Assembly: GCA_963803435.1 (NCBI GenBank)
Contig: CAWDML010000002.1
Span: 128,001 to 192,000 of the forward strand
Direction of reading: 5' to 3'
DNA: 64,000 nucleotides
Source of the DNA: an uncultured delta proteobacterium
GTDB lineage: Bacteria > Myxococcota > Kuafuiibacteriia > Kuafuiibacteriales > Kuafuiibacteriaceae
Every line of letters starts with the position of its first letter. Positions within the stretch are counted from its first letter, which is position 1. Of this stretch, positions 11,417 to 21,259 are shown piece by piece. The translations under genes were made by a program, and so were the position numbers. Under the pieces are notes generated by a model. It was not told the origin of the DNA, searched no databases, and saw only the letters and a list, made by a program, of their open reading frames with translations.

Positions 11417-12175
11417 GTGTTGTCCTCCCTGAGAAAGATGGTCTTGGCGAGATCGAGCCAGCCGTGGAGGCCGATCCGCACCGGGTTCTTGCCGATCGCG
11501 CGATCGATGCCATAGCGGACCGGCTCCGACAGCTCGGTGAACGTGCCGAAGAGGCGGTCCCAGATGATGAGCACCCCGCCGAAGTTCCGGTCGCGATAGC
11601 GATCGTTCGCGCCGTGATGAACACGGTGATGGCGGGGTGTGTTGAAGAGGAGCTCGAGCGGGCCGAGGCGCGGCACGAGCTCGGTGTGAAGCAGGGCCTG
11701 ATAGAACAGGCTGAAGAACTGGGTGAGCAGCACCATGATCGGATCGAAGCCGACCAGCACGAGCGGTAGCCAGAAAGGGAAGGCCACGAACGGCGTCCAG
11801 GTCTGGCGGAGCGCGACCGAGAGATCGAAGCGCGGCGCCGAGTGGTGGGTGACGTGAGAGGCCCACAGGAGAGAAGCGCGGTGGCTGGTGCGATGAAAGA
11901 CGTAGAACGTGAGATCCTCCAGGAAGAAGAGGGCGATCCAGGCCGCCCAGCCGCGGTGCGAGGTCGGGATCGAGCCAGTACGATCCCAGATCGAAGAGCG
12001 CGTGATCGTGGACGGCCGAGTAGATGTCGAACAGGAGCGGCGCCCACAGCGACGTGATGACCAGGTACCCGGCGTAGACGCCAAAGTTCTCGACGGCGCC
12101 GCGCGGGTCCCGGCGGACGAGCTGCTCCAGGATCGCCAGGCCGACGATCAGCCCGATGAAGGCCCAACCGATCAC
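11413..12175 (-). CDS. Sterol desaturase/fatty-acid hydroxylase family protein (alkylglycerol monooxygenase-like); frameshift at ~11967
   Basis: His boxes HRTSH, HVTHH, HHRVHH; NFGGVLIIWDRLFGTF. The N-terminal TM part lies in the adjacent frame. Confidence 0.88.
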
Positions 12176-12807
12176 TTCCCTTTGCCTCTCTTCCTCGGCT
12201 CGAGCCCTTGGGTGAAGAGCTTGGCGATCGCCTTGACGGCTTCGGAGTGATCGAGGCCCAGGTGCTTGGCGCCGATCAGCCGCTCGACGATGAAGTAGTT
12301 GGCGAACTGCATGTACACGATCGTGAAGGCGACGGCGGGATCCAGCCCGGCGGGGAGCGCGCGCTCCTTGCGGAGCTCGTCGAAGCGCGGCTTCATCAGG
12401 AAGTCGAACTTGCCCGCCAGGTTCTCGTAGTGGGGGCGGACGTGCTTGCCGTCGAACTCGGCGATGTCTACGTAGACGAGCGTGAGATAGTCGACGTGGC
12501 GATCGACCATCTCTCCGATCGCCTCGCCCATCGCCTCCAGGTCGTCGGGGAAGCGGCGCTTCCGGATCACCTCGGCGAGCGGCTCGCTGTCGGCCGCGAA
12601 GTCCGCGTAGAGTCGCTGGACCAGCGAGGCGAAGATCGGCTCCTTGCCGCTGAAGTGGTTGTAGATGTTGCCGAGGGAGACGCCGGCCTCGTCGGCGATG
12701 TCGCGCAGCCCCACGCCGTGGAAGCCGCGACGGGTGAACAGAGCCCGCGCAGCGTCCTGGATGCGCCGCACGCGCTCGGCCATCTTCTTGTCGTCCAGCT
12801 TGGGCAT
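12172..12807 (-). CDS. TetR/AcrR family transcriptional regulator
   Basis: AARALFTRRGFHGVGLRDIADEAGVSLGNIYNHFSGKE HTH. Confidence 0.95.
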   Translation of the reverse strand: MPKLDDKKMAERVRRIQDAARALFTRRGFHGVGLRDIADEAGVSLGNIYNHFSGKEPIFASLVQRLYADFAADSEPLAEVIRKRRFPDDLEAMGEAIGEMVDRHVDYLTLVYVDIAEFDGKHVRPHYENLAGKFDFLMKPRFDELRKERALPAGLDPAVAFTIVYMQFANYFIVERLIGAKHLGLDHSEAVKAIAKLFTQGLEPRKRGKGK

Positions 12808-12808
12808 T

Positions 12809-12832
12809 AAAAACGAACGTACGTTCGTTTTT
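12809..12832. promoter_or_regulatory. Perfect 24-bp palindrome, probable TetR operator
   Basis: AAAAACGAACGT|ACGTTCGTTTTT, AT-rich, immediately upstream of the TetR ATG. Confidence 0.8.
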
Positions 12833-12941
12833 TATGAGCAGGCCGTCAAGCGGGTGCGAGCGCTTACAGGCCGAAGCGGAGATACCCCCGCATAGATCGT
12901 CCGATGGCGCGAAATCGCGTCTTTTGAGGAGATCGGGCGGG

Positions 12942-14246
12942 ATGGATCGGCCTGCGGTGCGCGCTCGGTCCGCGCTGGTGGCGCTGGTGGCGCTCGTCGC
13001 GCTCGCGCCCGCGACCGCCCGCGCGGACGGCGCCTTCCCCGACTCGCTCCAGATCTTCGCGCCGCGCGACGCCCCCGAGCGGATCGTGCTGGCGACCAAC
13101 TTCGGTCTGGTGACGACCGAGGACGGGGGCGCGACCTGGGACCTGGTCTGCGAGAACGCGGTCGCGTTCGGCGCGTATCTGTACCAGATGGGCGCGGCGC
13201 CCGCGGATCGTCTCTATGCGGTCGGCTTCGAGGTGCCGGTCGTCTCCTCCAGCAGCACCGCCTGCGACTTCAGCGTCGCGAGCTTCGATCCGAGCGTCGA
13301 CTACGGCCGCGACGTGTTCCCCGACCCGACCGATCCGCTCCACGTGCTCGCGCTCGATCTCCCGGCGATCGACAGCGAGCGCTCGCATCTCTTCGAGTCC
13401 CGGGACGGCGGCGTGTCGTTCGCCGGGCCGACCTTCACGGCCCCCGACGGCGCGCGGCTGACCGGTGTCGAGATCGCGGCGAGCGATCCGCGGTTCGTGT
13501 ATCTCACGATGTCCTCTGCTCCGATGGTGGTGCCGCGTCTGGTCCGATCGATCGACGGGGGGGAGACCTTCGAGACGATCGATCTCTCGAGCGACCTCGG
13601 CGAGCGCATCCCGTATCTCGGCGCGGTGGATCCGGAGGACCCGCGCCGCCTCTTCCTGCGGCTCATCGGCATGCGGAGCGATGCGCTGGCCCTCAGCGAG
13701 GACGGGGGGACCTCCTTCGAGATCGTGCTCGACGAGGCGGACCAGCTCTCGGCGCTCCTCATCCTGCCGGGCGGCACGGTCCTGGTCGGTGACGTCTACG
13801 GCGGCGGCGGGCACCTCTCCACGGACGGCGGACGCACCTTCGAGGACTGGCCGAGCCCGATCCACGTGAGAGCACTCGCGGCCCGGGGCGGGCAGCTCTA
13901 CGCGGCGGCCGACGACGCGGCCGACGGCTTCGCGCTCGGCGTCTCCGATGACCTCGGTCAATCGTGGCGCCCGCTCCTGCACTTCGCCGACATCCGTGGA
14001 CCGAAGCCCTGTGTCGAGGCTGCCTGCGCCGATGCGTTCGACATGTTGCTCGCCCGGCTGACGGGGCCGCCGGTGGGCGGGATCGACCTTCCCGTGCCGC
14101 GCGACCGGGGCTGCGGGTGTACCGGCGTCGAGGCGGCGCAGGAGGGCGCAGGTGGTCTGATCGCGATGGCGGCGCTCCTCGGGATGGTGCGGCGGCGCCG
14201 ATCGCGACGAGGTCGCGCGAAGCTCACCGCAGGCAGCGGTGGCTGA
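12942..14246 (+). CDS. BNR/Asp-box beta-propeller protein with MYXO-CTERM sorting signal
   Basis: Signal peptide; Asp-boxes TEDGGATW, SRDGG, SIDGGETF, SDDLGQSW; C-terminal GCGC + TM + RRRR. Confidence 0.85.
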   Translation: MDRPAVRARSALVALVALVALAPATARADGAFPDSLQIFAPRDAPERIVLATNFGLVTTEDGGATWDLVCENAVAFGAYLYQMGAAPADRLYAVGFEVPVVSSSSTACDFSVASFDPSVDYGRDVFPDPTDPLHVLALDLPAIDSERSHLFESRDGGVSFAGPTFTAPDGARLTGVEIAASDPRFVYLTMSSAPMVVPRLVRSIDGGETFETIDLSSDLGERIPYLGAVDPEDPRRLFLRLIGMRSDALALSEDGGTSFEIVLDEADQLSALLILPGGTVLVGDVYGGGGHLSTDGGRTFEDWPSPIHVRALAARGGQLYAAADDAADGFALGVSDDLGQSWRPLLHFADIRGPKPCVEAACADAFDMLLARLTGPPVGGIDLPVPRDRGCGCTGVEAAQEGAGGLIAMAALLGMVRRRRSRRGRAKLTAGSGG

Positions 14247-14517
14247 TCTCCTCGGTGCTCCGGGCCTCGCGCACGCAGGCGAGCGCCCCCGGGGGCGCCG
14301 GAAGACCGACGCACGCGTCGAGCTGGCCGGCCAGGGTCCGATGAAGGGCCCGCTTCTTCCGATCCTCGAGGGCGTGGTCGCGGAAGCCCTGGCCGGCCAG
14401 CTCGAGCTCGACGATCCGATCCAGGACCTGGGAGCAGAGCTCGGCGCTGGCCCGCTCCCGGGTACAGGACGCGAGCGCGAAGGTGAACAGCAGGGCGTGG
14501 AGGATGACGTTTTTCAT
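14224..14517 (-). CDS. Small Cys-rich lipoprotein
   Basis: MKNVILHALLFTFALAS-C lipobox; four further Cys; 4-nt overlap with tonB. Confidence 0.75.
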   Translation of the reverse strand: MKNVILHALLFTFALASCTRERASAELCSQVLDRIVELELAGQGFRDHALEDRKKRALHRTLAGQLDACVGLPAPPGALACVREARSTEEISHRCLR

Positions 14518-15305
14518 CGCGTGAAGTGGACCCGGATCGGCGGGGAGGTGGCGCTGATGGCGTGGCCGGCGCGATCCTGGGCCGGCACGAAGCGGGTCCG
14601 GAGCGCGCACGCCATCGCTCTCGGCCCGAACCCGTGTCCCGGGTCCGCCACCACGCTCGCCGACGCGGTGGAGCCGTCCGCGCGCACGACCACGCGGATC
14701 ACGACGGCTTGATCGAAGATGTCCTCGGTCTCTGCCTCGCGGGGCCACGTGCACCTCCACTCGTCGCCGTCGAGCCGCACCGGGCTCGAGAGGTCGGGAC
14801 CGCTGGGCGGCTCGGGATCCGGATCGGGCGGGGTCAGGACCGCGTGCGTGCTGGTGCCCCGCGCGGTGGTGATCCCTCCGGCGTACATATCCGCGGTGCC
14901 GGTCACGAAGGTGTCGCCGGTGAGATCGACGGCCGTGTCGGGGAGAGCGGTGATGATCCGCCCGGCCTGCGCCGGAGGCGGCGGCGCGGTGTGGGACCGT
15001 CGCCGGACCGGATCTCGCTTGGCGAGGGGCGGCGGCGGCTCGGGAGGCGGAGGCGGAGGCTCGGGAGGCGGCGGCGCCAGCTCGAGCTCGTCCCGCTGGT
15101 CGAGCTCCTGGCGCACCCGGACGGCCAGGCTGGCGCTCCACGATTCGAGCGAGGGACCGGTGAAGCGAGCGACCAACCACAAGCCTCCGTGCACGGCGAG
15201 CGCCAGCCACGAGCAGAGGAGCCCGGCGAGCAAGGGTCGGCCCGCGCGCCCTCCGAACACGATGTCGACGATGCGCGGCGACTTTGCCGGCTCGAGTGCG
15301 TTCAA
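14514..15305 (-). CDS. tonB: TonB energy transducer
   Basis: N-terminal TM with His, poly-Pro spacer, TonB C-terminal domain (VVIRVVVRADG...DPGHGFG). Confidence 0.85.
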   Translation of the reverse strand: MNALEPAKSPRIVDIVFGGRAGRPLLAGLLCSWLALAVHGGLWLVARFTGPSLESWSASLAVRVRQELDQRDELELAPPPPEPPPPPPEPPPPLAKRDPVRRRSHTAPPPPAQAGRIITALPDTAVDLTGDTFVTGTADMYAGGITTARGTSTHAVLTPPDPDPEPPSGPDLSSPVRLDGDEWRCTWPREAETEDIFDQAVVIRVVVRADGSTASASVVADPGHGFGPRAMACALRTRFVPAQDRAGHAISATSPPIRVHFTR

Positions 15306-15721
15306 GGTGATGACTCCTCATCGGGCAAGGCGCCGAAGGCCACCCGGCTGATGCCGCCCTGTTTGAGGAGATCGAGCACCTTGATGACACGCCGGTGGGG
15401 CACGGCGCCGTCGGCGTTGATGACGGCGCGGACCTCCCGATCGCGCTCGAAGGCGGCCCGCGCCAGCTCACGGATCGCGTCATCGCCGCCGGCGGGCGCA
15501 CCGTTGACCAGCGTGGGACCTTCGACCGGCAGGATCACCGAGAAGATGACCTGCACCTCCTCGCTCTCCGACGCCGACGGAAGGTCCAACGGGACCGCCG
15601 GGGTCACGATGAGCTTCGCGGTGACGATGAAGATGATGAGCAAGACCAACGTGACGTCCACCAGCGGGGTCACGTTGATGCCCGCGATGAGGCCGCCGGG
15701 ATCTTGGGACTGACCGGCCAT
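15302..15721 (-). CDS. exbD: ExbD/TolR biopolymer transport protein
   Basis: INVTPLVDVTLVLLIIFIV; AVINADGAVPH..VIKVLD. Confidence 0.93.
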   Translation of the reverse strand: MAGQSQDPGGLIAGINVTPLVDVTLVLLIIFIVTAKLIVTPAVPLDLPSASESEEVQVIFSVILPVEGPTLVNGAPAGGDDAIRELARAAFERDREVRAVINADGAVPHRRVIKVLDLLKQGGISRVAFGALPDEESSP

Positions 15722-15723
15722 GG

Positions 15724-16398
15724 CTAGGCCACCTCGTCTTTCGTCGCCGGAGGGTTCGCGAGGTACGCGAGCACCAGGTTCGAGAGGACGTCGGCCCCCG
15801 AGAGCAGGCTCACGACGCGGCGCTGGAAATAGTTGTAGGCCGCCACCGCCGGGATCGCGACGGCGATGCCCACGGCGGTCGCGACCAGCGCCTCGGCGAT
15901 CCCGGCCATGACGGCCTGGGAGGCGGCCTGGCTGGCGCCCTTGGCCGCCCCGGACGTGCCGTGACCCAGCTCCTCGAAGGCCTGGATCACACCGATGACG
16001 GTCCCGAACAGACCGATGAACGGGGCGTTGTTTCCCAGCGTGCCGAGATACGCGAGCCGCTTCTCCAGCCGGCTTCGCTCGAGCGCGATCCGGCTGCTCA
16101 TGGCCTTGTCGACCGCCGCGGAGCCCAGGTGGGCGAGGCGAAGGCCCGCGGCGGCGATCGAGGCGGCGACCGAACCCCAACGCTCGAGGTCGGCGATGGC
16201 CTGCTGGATCTTGCCGGCCGAGAGGCGCCGGTCGAGCTCCAGGGCCATCGCGTGAAGGTCGCCGCCTCGCTGCCGGTAGCAGAGCCACCGCTCGAAGACG
16301 ATGGCCCAGCTCACGAGCGAGAGCACGCCCAGGAACCACAGGACCCAGGAGGCGCCGGCGGAGATGAAGACGTGCTTGATCGCTTCGACGGTGTTCAT
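15724..16398 (-). CDS. exbB: ExbB/TolQ/MotA proton channel protein
   Basis: LGTLGNNAPFIGLFGTVIG; GIAEALVATAVGIAVAIPA. Confidence 0.93.
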   Translation of the reverse strand: MNTVEAIKHVFISAGASWVLWFLGVLSLVSWAIVFERWLCYRQRGGDLHAMALELDRRLSAGKIQQAIADLERWGSVAASIAAAGLRLAHLGSAAVDKAMSSRIALERSRLEKRLAYLGTLGNNAPFIGLFGTVIGVIQAFEELGHGTSGAAKGASQAASQAVMAGIAEALVATAVGIAVAIPAVAAYNYFQRRVVSLLSGADVLSNLVLAYLANPPATKDEVA

Positions 16399-17393
16399 TC
16401 GAACGGGCACTCCCCTTCACCGTTCATGTGGCCCTGCGTCTTGAGCTGCGATCGCAGGTAGTCCCACATGGTGTTGAGCGGCGTGATCGGCGAGCCCCCG
16501 AGCTGATAGCGGTCGTCGATCTCCGCCAGCTTCGAGGGCGCGACGGCCTGGAGCTCGGCCTTGTCGACCGAGCCGTCGAGGTTCAGGTCGCAGTCGGCCA
16601 GCCACTGGGCCAGCCGGAGGACGCCGCCCTCGTCTCCCTCCGGGAAGCCGTTGAAGAAGATGTGATCCCCGTGGATGGTGGCGGTCACGTTCTGGGTGGC
16701 GCCGTCGGAGACGCTGAAGCCGGGGACGCCGTCGTTCTCGCAGGGCCCGAAGTGCGTCGCCGCGTCCGCGGGGAAGGTGAACGTGATCGACGTGTTCGCG
16801 TAGCAGGGATCGCCGGCCGAGTTGGTCCCGGCAGCGGTGGCCGTCCCGGGCATCGCCAGGGTCGCCGGCGGGCACGACATTCCGTCGGGCTTGGAGAGCG
16901 TGCCGGTGATGAAGTACGTCAGCCCGCTCGACTTCATCATGTCGTAGTCGGTCTGGCTGACGCTCGGGTCGAGCTTGGCGGTCGCCGACGCAGCCGGCGT
17001 CGAGTAGTTGAACTCCCAGTGACCGGTCTTGAGGTTGTCGAGGGTCCACAGCGACTTGCCCGCCGCCGGGATCGTGGTCATGTCGATGACGAAGACGTCG
17101 GCGCCCTTCGCCTGGATCGTGTTGTCCGTGGAGAACTGGATGTCGATGTTACCGACGGTGGCGATGAACTTGTCGTAGCGGACCTCCCAACCGTCCTTGA
17201 TGTTCTCCTCGTCCTGCCCCGGGTCGAGGCCGCCGGTGATCGTGTCCTCGGCCTCGAGGAGGACCGTGAGGCTTCCGGTCCCTCCGTTTCCGTCGCCGTC
17301 GTCGTCCGATCCGCTGTTGCAGGCCGTAAGGCCCGAAAGCGCGAGCACCCCGCTCACGCCGGCGATCCAGGTTGTGCAAGTCTTCCTACGCAT
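16395..17393 (-). CDS. Lipoprotein, putative metal-binding TBDR partner
   Basis: Lipobox LTA-C; DGWEVRYDKF, TIHGDHIFF and C-terminal GHMNGEGEC motifs. Confidence 0.75.
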   Translation of the reverse strand: MRRKTCTTWIAGVSGVLALSGLTACNSGSDDDGDGNGGTGSLTVLLEAEDTITGGLDPGQDEENIKDGWEVRYDKFIATVGNIDIQFSTDNTIQAKGADVFVIDMTTIPAAGKSLWTLDNLKTGHWEFNYSTPAASATAKLDPSVSQTDYDMMKSSGLTYFITGTLSKPDGMSCPPATLAMPGTATAAGTNSAGDPCYANTSITFTFPADAATHFGPCENDGVPGFSVSDGATQNVTATIHGDHIFFNGFPEGDEGGVLRLAQWLADCDLNLDGSVDKAELQAVAPSKLAEIDDRYQLGGSPITPLNTMWDYLRSQLKTQGHMNGEGECPFE

Positions 17394-17416
17394 ATTCGTT
17401 TCCTTTCTGATGCCCC

Positions 17417-18130
17417 TCAGGGGGCGGTGCTGAACTCGAAGACCGGGCGGGTGCCAGCCACCAAGGCTGCTCGCACGGCCCGGGCGCCCTGGCTGTTCGG
17501 ATCGGCGCCGAGCGTCGTGAAGTCGACGCCGGTGAGCCAGCCGATCGGGTCGAACCGCACGGTGAGACCCGTGTCCGACTCGGTGATGTCGTGCTCGAAG
17601 GTGTCGCTCGTGCTCTTGCGGACGACGGAGACGCCGATCTCCGTGTCGTCGCTCTGCTGGATGGCGAGCGCGATCGAGAACGGGATCGACGTCCCGTCCC
17701 TGGTCGCGACGCCCTCGATCCTCACGGAGTTGCCGCCCAGACTCTCGGCGGACGGGAGCACGCGCGCGGTCTGCTCCGTGAGCAGCGAGGTGATCCCGAG
17801 GTCGAACATCCAAGAGCGCACGAAGCCCGTGACGCCGTCGAGGGACCCCGCGTCGCGCGGATCCGGATCGAGCGCGTCCACGACCGTGCTGTCGACCCAC
17901 TCCATTCGCGCCCGCTCGCAGAGCGCGCCGGCCGTGAAGCCCGGGCAGAGATAGAGGGGTCCGAACGCGAGCTGGGCCTGCGCGAGCTCGATCGACCAGC
18001 CGTCCGGCGTCTCACCCCGGTCGCGGCCCGCGACACCTGCGACGCGAAGCGGGAACGAGACCTCGGCCTGTCCCGTGTCGATGCAGCCGGCGGTGACGAG
18101 CACGAGGCCGAGGAGCGGCGCGCACCTCAT
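17417..18130 (-). CDS. Lipoprotein in the TBDR operon
   Basis: Lipobox TAG-C; DGWSIEL..A.LAFGPLYLC; 4-nt overlap with the TBDR stop. Confidence 0.75.
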   Translation of the reverse strand: MRCAPLLGLVLVTAGCIDTGQAEVSFPLRVAGVAGRDRGETPDGWSIELAQAQLAFGPLYLCPGFTAGALCERARMEWVDSTVVDALDPDPRDAGSLDGVTGFVRSWMFDLGITSLLTEQTARVLPSAESLGGNSVRIEGVATRDGTSIPFSIALAIQQSDDTEIGVSVVRKSTSDTFEHDITESDTGLTVRFDPIGWLTGVDFTTLGADPNSQGARAVRAALVAGTRPVFEFSTAP

Positions 18131-20684
18131 AGCGACACCCCCAGCGTGAGCAGCCAGGCGCGCGGCGAGCCGGCCGCCAGATGAATCGCCGGTGTGCGGG
18201 TCCGGATGCCCTCCGGATCCCAGCTCGACGCGAACGTGAACTCGCTGGCCGCGTAGCGGGTGTCGAGGATGTTGAAGACCTCGAAGTCGAGCGCGAACGG
18301 TCCAAAGCCGATCCCGCCGGAGGCGTCGAGCAGTGAGACCGGATCCGCGAAGGTCCCGAACGGCAGCGGACGCGGTGAGAGGAACGAGTAGCCGAGCCCG
18401 AGGTGCCCGGTGAGGTCCCACGGTCCGAGCCGATGAACGAGCGTCGACCGCGCGCCCAGATCGAGCCGCACCACGATCGGGGGCACGAACGGGAGGCTCT
18501 GTCCCGACTGAAACGGTGGCTCGGGCTCCTCGGCGGTGGGCGGCGGCGGATCGAGGAGCTGGGCGTGGACGTAGGTCACCGAGAGCGCGCCGATCAGCCA
18601 GTCGGTGGGGCGGAGCTGCGCGTGGACCACCGCGCCCAGCCGGCGGGTACCGCCGATGCGCTCGAGGCGTCCCTCCTCGGCGTCGAAGGCGACGTCGTCG
18701 GAGAGCTGCGTGTAGTAGCCGGAGACGGTGAGCTGGTAGCGGTCCTCGAACGCCATCCGCAGGCCGAGGTCCGCAGAGCGAACCTTGGAGTACGGCGCCT
18801 CCTCGCCGTCCTCGAGCTGGCGCGCCTGCGGCGAGCGGTAGCCCTCGCCGTAGGCGCCGCGAAGGGAGAGCCAGTCGAGCGCCTTGAGCTCGGCGCTGGC
18901 GCGGGGACCGAAGGCCAGCCCCAGCGCGGTGCGGCGGAAGCCGACGATGAACGTATCCTTGGGTCGGATCGCCGGCACGAAGTTCCCCAGGCGATCGTCG
19001 ATCTCGTAGTTGAGGACGTCGCCGCGCAGGCCCAGACGAAGCCGCAAGAGCGCGCCCAGGCGCCAGTCGAGGTCGCCATAGAAGCCGAGATCGGCGCCGA
19101 GGATCGAGGCGTCGACGCGCTTGTCCCAGGTCTGATTCCGCACCGCGGCGTCGAGAAGGTTCTGGGCCTGGTCGATCTCGTCGATCCGCCCGTCGACACC
19201 GAGCTCGATCGTGCCGCGCACCCAGCCCGCCGGCGAAAGCGCGGGCGAGAGGTAGCGACCCGAGAGGCCGAGGGAGCGGGTCCGGTTCTGCTGCTCGATC
19301 AGATCGCCGCGGCCGGCGACGTTGGCGAGGGTCTGGGAGCGCTGGATGAAGCCGGTGAAGTTCTCCTGGAGGCGGAAGTTGTCGAGCCCCACCCAGAGCC
19401 CGATGCTGGCGTTGTCGCCGGCCGAGCCCCGGTACTCCGCGAAGCCGCCCGCCAGCGCGCGGCCCGCGAAGGCGTTCTGTCGCTGCGCCGTCGGATACGG
19501 GTAGACGTCGAAGAAGCCGATCTGGCCCGAGTCGACGTCGCTCTGGCGAACCACGCCGGCGAGGTCGGAGCGCGCCGCGTACAGGATCCCGAGGACCCGG
19601 TAGCGCCAGGCGCCCGATCCGAAGACCGACTGCACCAGCGCGCTGCCGCTCTGCCCCTGGCGGTTCTCGCCGAAGCCGTCGCTCCTGTTGTACTCGACCG
19701 CGCCGAAGGTGCCGCGGTCCTCGCCCGGCGGCGCCCAGACGAGCGTCTCACGGAAGGTGTTGAAGGCGCCGTAGCCCGACTTCAGCTCCCACCCGCGGTG
19801 CTCGACGCCCAGCTCGAGCTCCATCGATCCGGCGACCGCGAAGTCGCCCTGTCGCGGGTCGTAGACGCCCTCGGAGGCGTGGAGCTCGTCGACCGTGTCG
19901 GCGATCAGGAAGCCGAGAATCCGCGTAGCCCTGACCGTGGATGTGCGAGGGCATGTTGATCGGGATGCCGCCGACCCGGAACTCGATGTCCTGTCCGTGC
20001 TCGGCGTCGAAGCCGCGCAGCATGTAGCTGTGGGCTACCGCGAGGCCTTCGGGCCGCGCGATGTAGAGCCCGGGCGCGGTGCGGAGGACCTCGGCGCCCT
20101 CCTGGCGCGGAGCGGCGGCCAGCACCTCGCGCTCCACCGTGAAGTCGCTGGCGCTGCGCTGCTCCTCGCGGAGCTTGCGGACGCCGTGGACGGTCACGTC
20201 GATCGCGTGCTCTTCGGGCGTGGGGGGTGAGGGTCGCGGTGGTGGTGGTGGCGGTGGTGGCGGCGCGGCCGCGATCGAGGCGGTGGCGGTGGTGGACGAC
20301 GCCGCGATGGAGGCGGTGGCGGCGAGCGGCGCTTCGATCGGGAGCGTGAAGCGGAAGGGCACGCGGATGCGCACGCGGATGGGCGTCCCGTCCCGCTGGG
20401 CCGGACGAAACCTCCACTGGCGGACCGCGTCGACGGCGGCCTGATCGAAGGCGGGGCCTCCGGTCATGGCCACGTCGACGTCCTTCACCGTCCCGTCCAC
20501 ATCGACGGTGACGAGCAGCGTCACCTGGGCCTCCTGCCGCGTCGCGAGGGCCTGGGGCGGATAGAATCGCGTCCACCCGCGAGATGAGCTCGGGGGGCGT
20601 GATCCCTTCCGGACCCAGGGCCCAGGCGGCGGGCGCCGACAGCGCGGCGCACAGGAGGAGGGCGGCGAAAGCCCCCTTCGACAT
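18127..20684 (-). CDS. TonB-dependent receptor with N-terminal TonB_C-like domain; two +1 frameshifts (~20566, ~19919)
   Basis: Signal peptide, YPPQA..VTLLVTVDVDG..AVRQWRFRPA, plug LRGFDAEHGQD..HIHGQGYAD-LGF, GVYDPRQGDFAVAGS, then barrel. Frames join if each GATTC is read as GATC. Confidence 0.9.
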
Positions 20685-20775
20685 CAATCACCTCGGTTTT
20701 AGTCGACGCGGCGCCGGCCGGACGGGGCGGTCCCCGGCCGAGCGATCGACCCGCGTTCAGAGCAGAAGGGGCGTG

Positions 20776-21180
20776 CTAGGCGAGCGTAGGGGGAGACTGC
20801 TTGGGCGCGAGCCGGAGGACGAAGAGGCGCGAGCGCACCCCGGTGGTGCGCGCGATGGAGACGATCGCCGTCCGTGGAGGCTCCGGCTCGACCGCGTGCC
20901 GCTGGTCGACGTTCACCCGCGCAGTGGCGAGGAGCGAGAACGGGCAGTGCGCGTCCTCGTCGGACGCGCGCCGCTCTTTCCCGGGCAGAACGCCCGGATC
21001 CGAGACGGTGTGGACCTCGAAGGTCCGCGCGCGGTGGACCACGTCCACCATCTCCCCGTGCTCGGGGCAGGTCCTATGATCCACGGACGCGAAGTGAAGG
21101 AGCTCGGCCGCCTGCCCGACGACGAACGTCGCGAGCAACGCCAGAGAGCCTGCAAACCTGTGGACACGCGCCGAACGCAT
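20776..21180 (-). CDS. His/Cys-containing upstream ORF with N-terminal hydrophobic segment and C-terminal APKQSPP (DUF2946/CruR-like leader candidate)
   Basis: HRTCPEHGE, DAHCPF and LRLAPKQSPP motifs; first gene of the TBDR operon. Confidence 0.7.
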   Translation of the reverse strand: MRSARVHRFAGSLALLATFVVGQAAELLHFASVDHRTCPEHGEMVDVVHRARTFEVHTVSDPGVLPGKERRASDEDAHCPFSLLATARVNVDQRHAVEPEPPRTAIVSIARTTGVRSRLFVLRLAPKQSPPTLA

Positions 21181-21194
21181 GCGATCGCGTCTCT

Positions 21195-21224
21195 CGTCTA
21201 TCCGTGCGCCGCGCTGGGTGTCAA
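21195..21224 (-). promoter_or_regulatory. Putative sigma70 promoter for the uORF-TBDR operon
   Basis: Minus strand TTGACA-N18-TAGACG ending 14 nt before the ATG at 21180. Confidence 0.5.
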
Positions 21225-21259
21225 GCCGGCGGGGTCATCGCCGAGATCCGGTCGATCGA

